A stretch of DNA of 64,000 bases from contig JBLDXI010000003.1 in assembly GCA_047495785.1 (NCBI GenBank), positions 806,001 through 870,000 on the forward strand, written 5' to 3'. Origin of the DNA: Lepidodermella squamata (taxonomy: Eukaryota > Animalia > Gastrotricha). Shown here piece after piece: positions 62,801-64,000 of this stretch. The notes under the pieces are model-generated. The model had not been told where the DNA came from. It ran no database searches and saw nothing but the letters and a program-made list of their open reading frames with translations. Every line of letters begins with the position of its first letter. The first letter of the stretch is position 1. The position numbers and the translations under genes were made by a program.

Positions 62801-64000
62801 ACCGGCCTGCTGACCGTCATCAACCGCTTCGGCTACCCGATCGAAGTCAACCGCCGCTCGCTCATGTACTCGACCCTGGCGCCGCAAAAGCCCGGCCAGC
62901 TCAACGCCTACTTCACCCCGCTGTGCCTCATCCCCGAAATCAAATACCGCTACACGTGCTGGCTGATCCAACAACAACTAGGCCTGAAAAACAACGCGAT
63001 TATCGAACCGAAAATTGTTGCGGAATCGATTTCTCACCTGACTACAGCGATTTCGCTATCCCACGCGCTTGCAGGCCACGATTTTTACCTCGAGGCGGAG
63101 ATGACCTACTTACTAGCGTGTCTGAAACGGGTTACTTTATCCTACTCGAATCGGGCGTATCAATTGCCGTTAGACGACGTGATTTCCACGTATTTGAAGA
63201 GTGTCGAACTTGGCAAGGGGTCGATTCACGATTTATCGCTGATAAAATCGTGTTTCCTCGACATTTCCAACGTTGCTCTGAGTTATCTACACCCCAGCAA
63301 TCAGCCTTCATCCGGGGCCAATACCCCTCTACCAATCGATGTACCGCACTCGGCTTCGTCCAAAAAATCGAGCGCCTCAACTCAATCAGCGTTGAAAAAA
63401 ACGAATTCAAGTGGCCATAAAAGCACATCAGGCCATTCGAAGGACCATAAAGATAGTAGCAAGGACAGTAGTAAGGATCCTGGGGTTGATTTGCCGTTTG
63501 CGTTGAAGGAATGCGCGGCGTATGGCGTTGTTCTAGCGTCGAAAGCGGCTGCCGCCCAGCGGGCTAGGCTGGCCCTGCCGGCGGAACGCGTGGTGTCTGA
63601 GCGGCGGTTCGGCACGCCGCAGGAGTCGGCCCGCTTGCCCGACTACGTCACGCTTGATTTGTTTGCATTGCATACGGTCGCGCGGCGCCAGTTCCGCGAT
63701 TGGGTTGAGGAGGAGCTGGCGGAGTTGGATGACCAAATCAGCGCGAATCGGCCAGAGTCATACGATGTGCAAATGGAGAAGACGCGAGTTGCGGCTGAGA
63801 AGTAAGCTTTAAGTAATTTCAATATTTTAAAATTCCCCTTAAATTTTAGACAATTGGCTGCCGTTCATCTGCTGAACTACGAATCCGTACTCGACCGGCT
63901 TTGCAGCTTCAGCGCGATGGTAGCCGCCCGGGCGCCCACCTCCGGCCGCGCTTCATTGATTCTCCGAAAGCCCCTCCTATCGCGACCATGGTCCGACCGG
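23898..64000 (+). CDS. CFAP54: Cilia- and flagella-associated protein 54, 3'-partial. Exons: 23898-24046, 24097-24202, 24262-24990, 25041-25871, 25929-26361, 32746-34403, 34460-34632, 35026-35162, 35217-35437, 35979-36465, 49531-49990, 51778-52649, 56315-57274, 59820-60346, 62726-63801, 63850->64000
   Basis: CFAP54 hallmarks LYWLLYNGTVMMYDICR, LEFLLWAAMCVE.SPPL...YLQWRTTCY, WPRTQVERLL.EMF; FN3-like VPPAPIL...YVFALAAY..EGKLIG.SIG; KRACVVARRG.LWTLL; QKWEKAID; LFSLPILSLYQY. All 15 introns are GT-AG with matching phases. About 2990 codons in view, close to the known ~3000-aa size. Confidence 0.9.
26406..27670 (-). CDS. Atypical Cys-loop ligand-gated ion channel subunit A (nAChR/5-HT3-like), nested in CFAP54 intron 5. 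Exons 27670-27569, 27377-26406, about 357 aa
   Basis: IWWPN (loop A), Cys-loop CSMQFRRFPYDSQEC (C-x13-C), pre-M1 R, M1 NLFAPS, M2 DRASFASTIMLAMFV, LPKTS, M3, M4 D..F. 102-bp first exon is conserved in all copies. An upstream exon cannot be excluded. Confidence 0.88.
28117..29659 (-). pseudogene. Cys-loop channel subunit B with one in-frame TGA (28611-28609). Exons 29659-29558, 29082-28117
   Basis: Collinear with copies A and C. SVW*VTSQ... aligns to SVWHLVTK... of copy C with no indel, and the frame stays open through M4. Confidence 0.75.
30111..31405 (-). CDS. Atypical Cys-loop ligand-gated ion channel subunit C. Exons 31405-31304, 31076-30111, about 355 aa
   Basis: Same motifs as copy A (YCSMRFWRFPYDSQECC, PAECPDRASF, four TM segments). 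Intact ORF and GT-AG intron. Confidence 0.88.
31835..32200 (-). pseudogene. Truncated fourth Cys-loop channel copy (5' region and part of exon 1 only)
   Basis: MAKGTIAFIELLLATCHLD at 31896-31840, then homology is lost. Upstream sequence is similar to 31410-31680. No exon 2 found. Confidence 0.7.
36822..38286 (-). CDS. Secreted PQQ-like beta-propeller protein P1, predicted GPI anchor, nested in CFAP54 intron 10. Exons 38286-37803, 37627-36822, about 429 aa
   Basis: Signal peptide MFRYFLVTLAFAAAAG; WIDAGGNFNHTWY; PQQ-type repeats LYVLDAKTG, IDAVTGAILWQ, LTALDLATQQPTW; Thr-rich linker; hydrophobic C-terminus with no cytosolic tail. Confidence 0.8.
39359..39563. mobile_element. MITE/foldback element with 19-bp TIR and nested internal palindromes, in the P2 3' UTR
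   Basis: TGGCTATGTGAACACAGGA (39359-39377) is the exact reverse complement of 39545-39563. Internal inverted pairs GTATCGCCCAATGGC/GCCATTGGGCGATAC and CATAGAGATCAGATTAA/TTAATCTGATCTCTATG. Confidence 0.85.
39573..41986 (-). CDS. Secreted PQQ-like beta-propeller protein P2, predicted GPI anchor. Exons 41986-41503, 40369-39573, about 426 aa
   Basis: Paralog of P1 with signal peptide, WIDAGGNAGHTWY, IDAINGEILWR, the same phase-1 intron after QLQ, and a TTT linker plus hydrophobic tail. Confidence 0.8.
40740..41259. mobile_element. Non-autonomous DNA transposon (MITE) with ~32-bp TIRs and TA target duplication, in the P2 intron
   Basis: ta|CCCTCCTGAGGG(G)T-run-ATTCGCAACA ... TGTTGCGAAT-A-run-CCCTCAGGAGGG|ta. 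Confidence 0.85.
43234..44665 (-). CDS. Secreted PQQ-like beta-propeller protein P3, predicted GPI anchor. Exons 44665-44179, 44036-43234, about 429 aa
   Basis: Close paralog of P1 with the same intron, signal peptide, repeats and tail. Confidence 0.8.
45240..45490. repeat. Array of about 9 degenerate short palindromes CYGTA-N7-13-TACRG
   Basis: For example ctgtagcattgggtacag (45359), ctgtagtccaagtacag (45386), ccgtaatgactgtgtacgg (45440). Period about 27-30 bp. Confidence 0.75.
46096..46331. repeat. Array of 9 short palindromes CYGTA-N7-9-TACRG with unique loops and spacers
   Basis: Units start at 46096, 46121, 46148, 46178, 46205, 46233, 46258, 46286 and 46314. Confidence 0.85.
47016..48584 (-). 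CDS. Divergent secreted PQQ-like beta-propeller protein P4. Exons 48584-47829, 47585-47016, about 441 aa
   Basis: Signal peptide MRPIITKILILSLFIDLISA; WLDFGGNFAHTSY; LFVIDPKKG, LVALDLING, INAGTGVPIWN; phase-0 intron NNK|VTALD; hydrophobic C-terminus. Confidence 0.8.
49280..49390 (+). repeat. Dispersed repeat family copy (inverted copy at 53264-53390; short copy at about 6815-6870)
   Basis: Shared core ...GTAGAAAA...TATCGG(A/C)AAAATC..TGATTTGTGAAATCGATA...TATCGGC. Confidence 0.6.
52918..52965 (+). repeat. Degenerate (TTAGGG)-like tract (similar tract at about 60461-60530)
   Basis: ggttagggctgtggggttagggttatgggattaggtttgggtttagg. Confidence 0.55.
53264..53390 (-). repeat. Dispersed repeat family copy (reverse complement of 49280-49390)
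   Basis: GCCGATA...TATCGATTTCACAAATCA...TTTTCTAC...CTAAAAT.AAAAATCC. Confidence 0.6.
55180..55740 (-). mobile_element. CACTA/EnSpm-like transposase fragment, decayed
   Basis: DLLLDVCEGIFHYNL..LL..L....L.L..FN.QIKNF resembles the D.MHD..EGV..Y.L motif of animal EnSpm transposases. Downstream KSHF...MGP resembles PK.HF...GPL. Frameshifted. Confidence 0.55.
58878..59083 (-). repeat. About 205-bp coding-like segment duplicated at 60944-61168 (probable TE ORF fragment)
   Basis: Both copies encode RPIPIPGHP..AMLADDAADWKRYYGVQVRDLVPTE.KWQF with near-identical DNA. Confidence 0.85.
60944..61168 (-). repeat. Second copy of the 58878-59083 segment, with a small internal insertion
   Basis: Direct sequence identity; extra ggggccagtcagccagtca at about 60967-60985. 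Confidence 0.85.
61355..61580. mobile_element. CCCAG...CTGGG-terminated MITE with internal GGGCCCA-N3-TAGGCC palindromic array
   Basis: ta|CCCAG at 61355 and CTGGG at 61576-61580, with about 6 units such as tgggcccatggtaggccc. Confidence 0.7.
62085..62250 (-). mobile_element. CACTA/EnSpm-like transposase fragment
   Basis: IVCATPAKADVMLCTHAGGYFACPYCTIRG...VYYP matches D.PA.A....H.GY..C..C...G....YP. Confidence 0.7.

Overview
Intron-rich animal (invertebrate) genomic DNA, not prokaryotic. I assembled three large conserved genes by hand from GT-AG, phase-consistent exons. (1) A BIG1/BIG2-type (ARFGEF/Sec7) Arf-GEF on the minus strand, 16933 running off the left edge, with transposon-filled introns. 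(2) A divergent DOCK-A/B-type Rac-GEF on the minus strand, about 23326-17318, apparently lacking the N-terminal SH3. (3) CFAP54 on the plus strand, 23898 running off the right edge, about 2990 codons in view. Two CFAP54 introns each hold an antisense tandem gene array. Intron 5 holds three (plus one fragment) compact, atypical Cys-loop ligand-gated ion channel genes with no canonical ACh aromatic box, a hybrid P-D-R selectivity motif and extra cysteines; one copy has a single in-frame TGA. Intron 10 holds four secreted, probably GPI-anchored PQQ-like beta-propeller genes with a bacterial-type WxxxGGNxxHTxY N-terminus, discordant intron positions and GATA-rich promoters. The rest of the intronic DNA holds decayed hAT, copia, LINE, ISL2EU/Harbinger, MULE and CACTA fragments, MITEs and palindrome arrays. 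The long exons show a C/A-to-G/T compositional switch centred on each exon. All family calls come from motif recognition by eye; no database searches were run.
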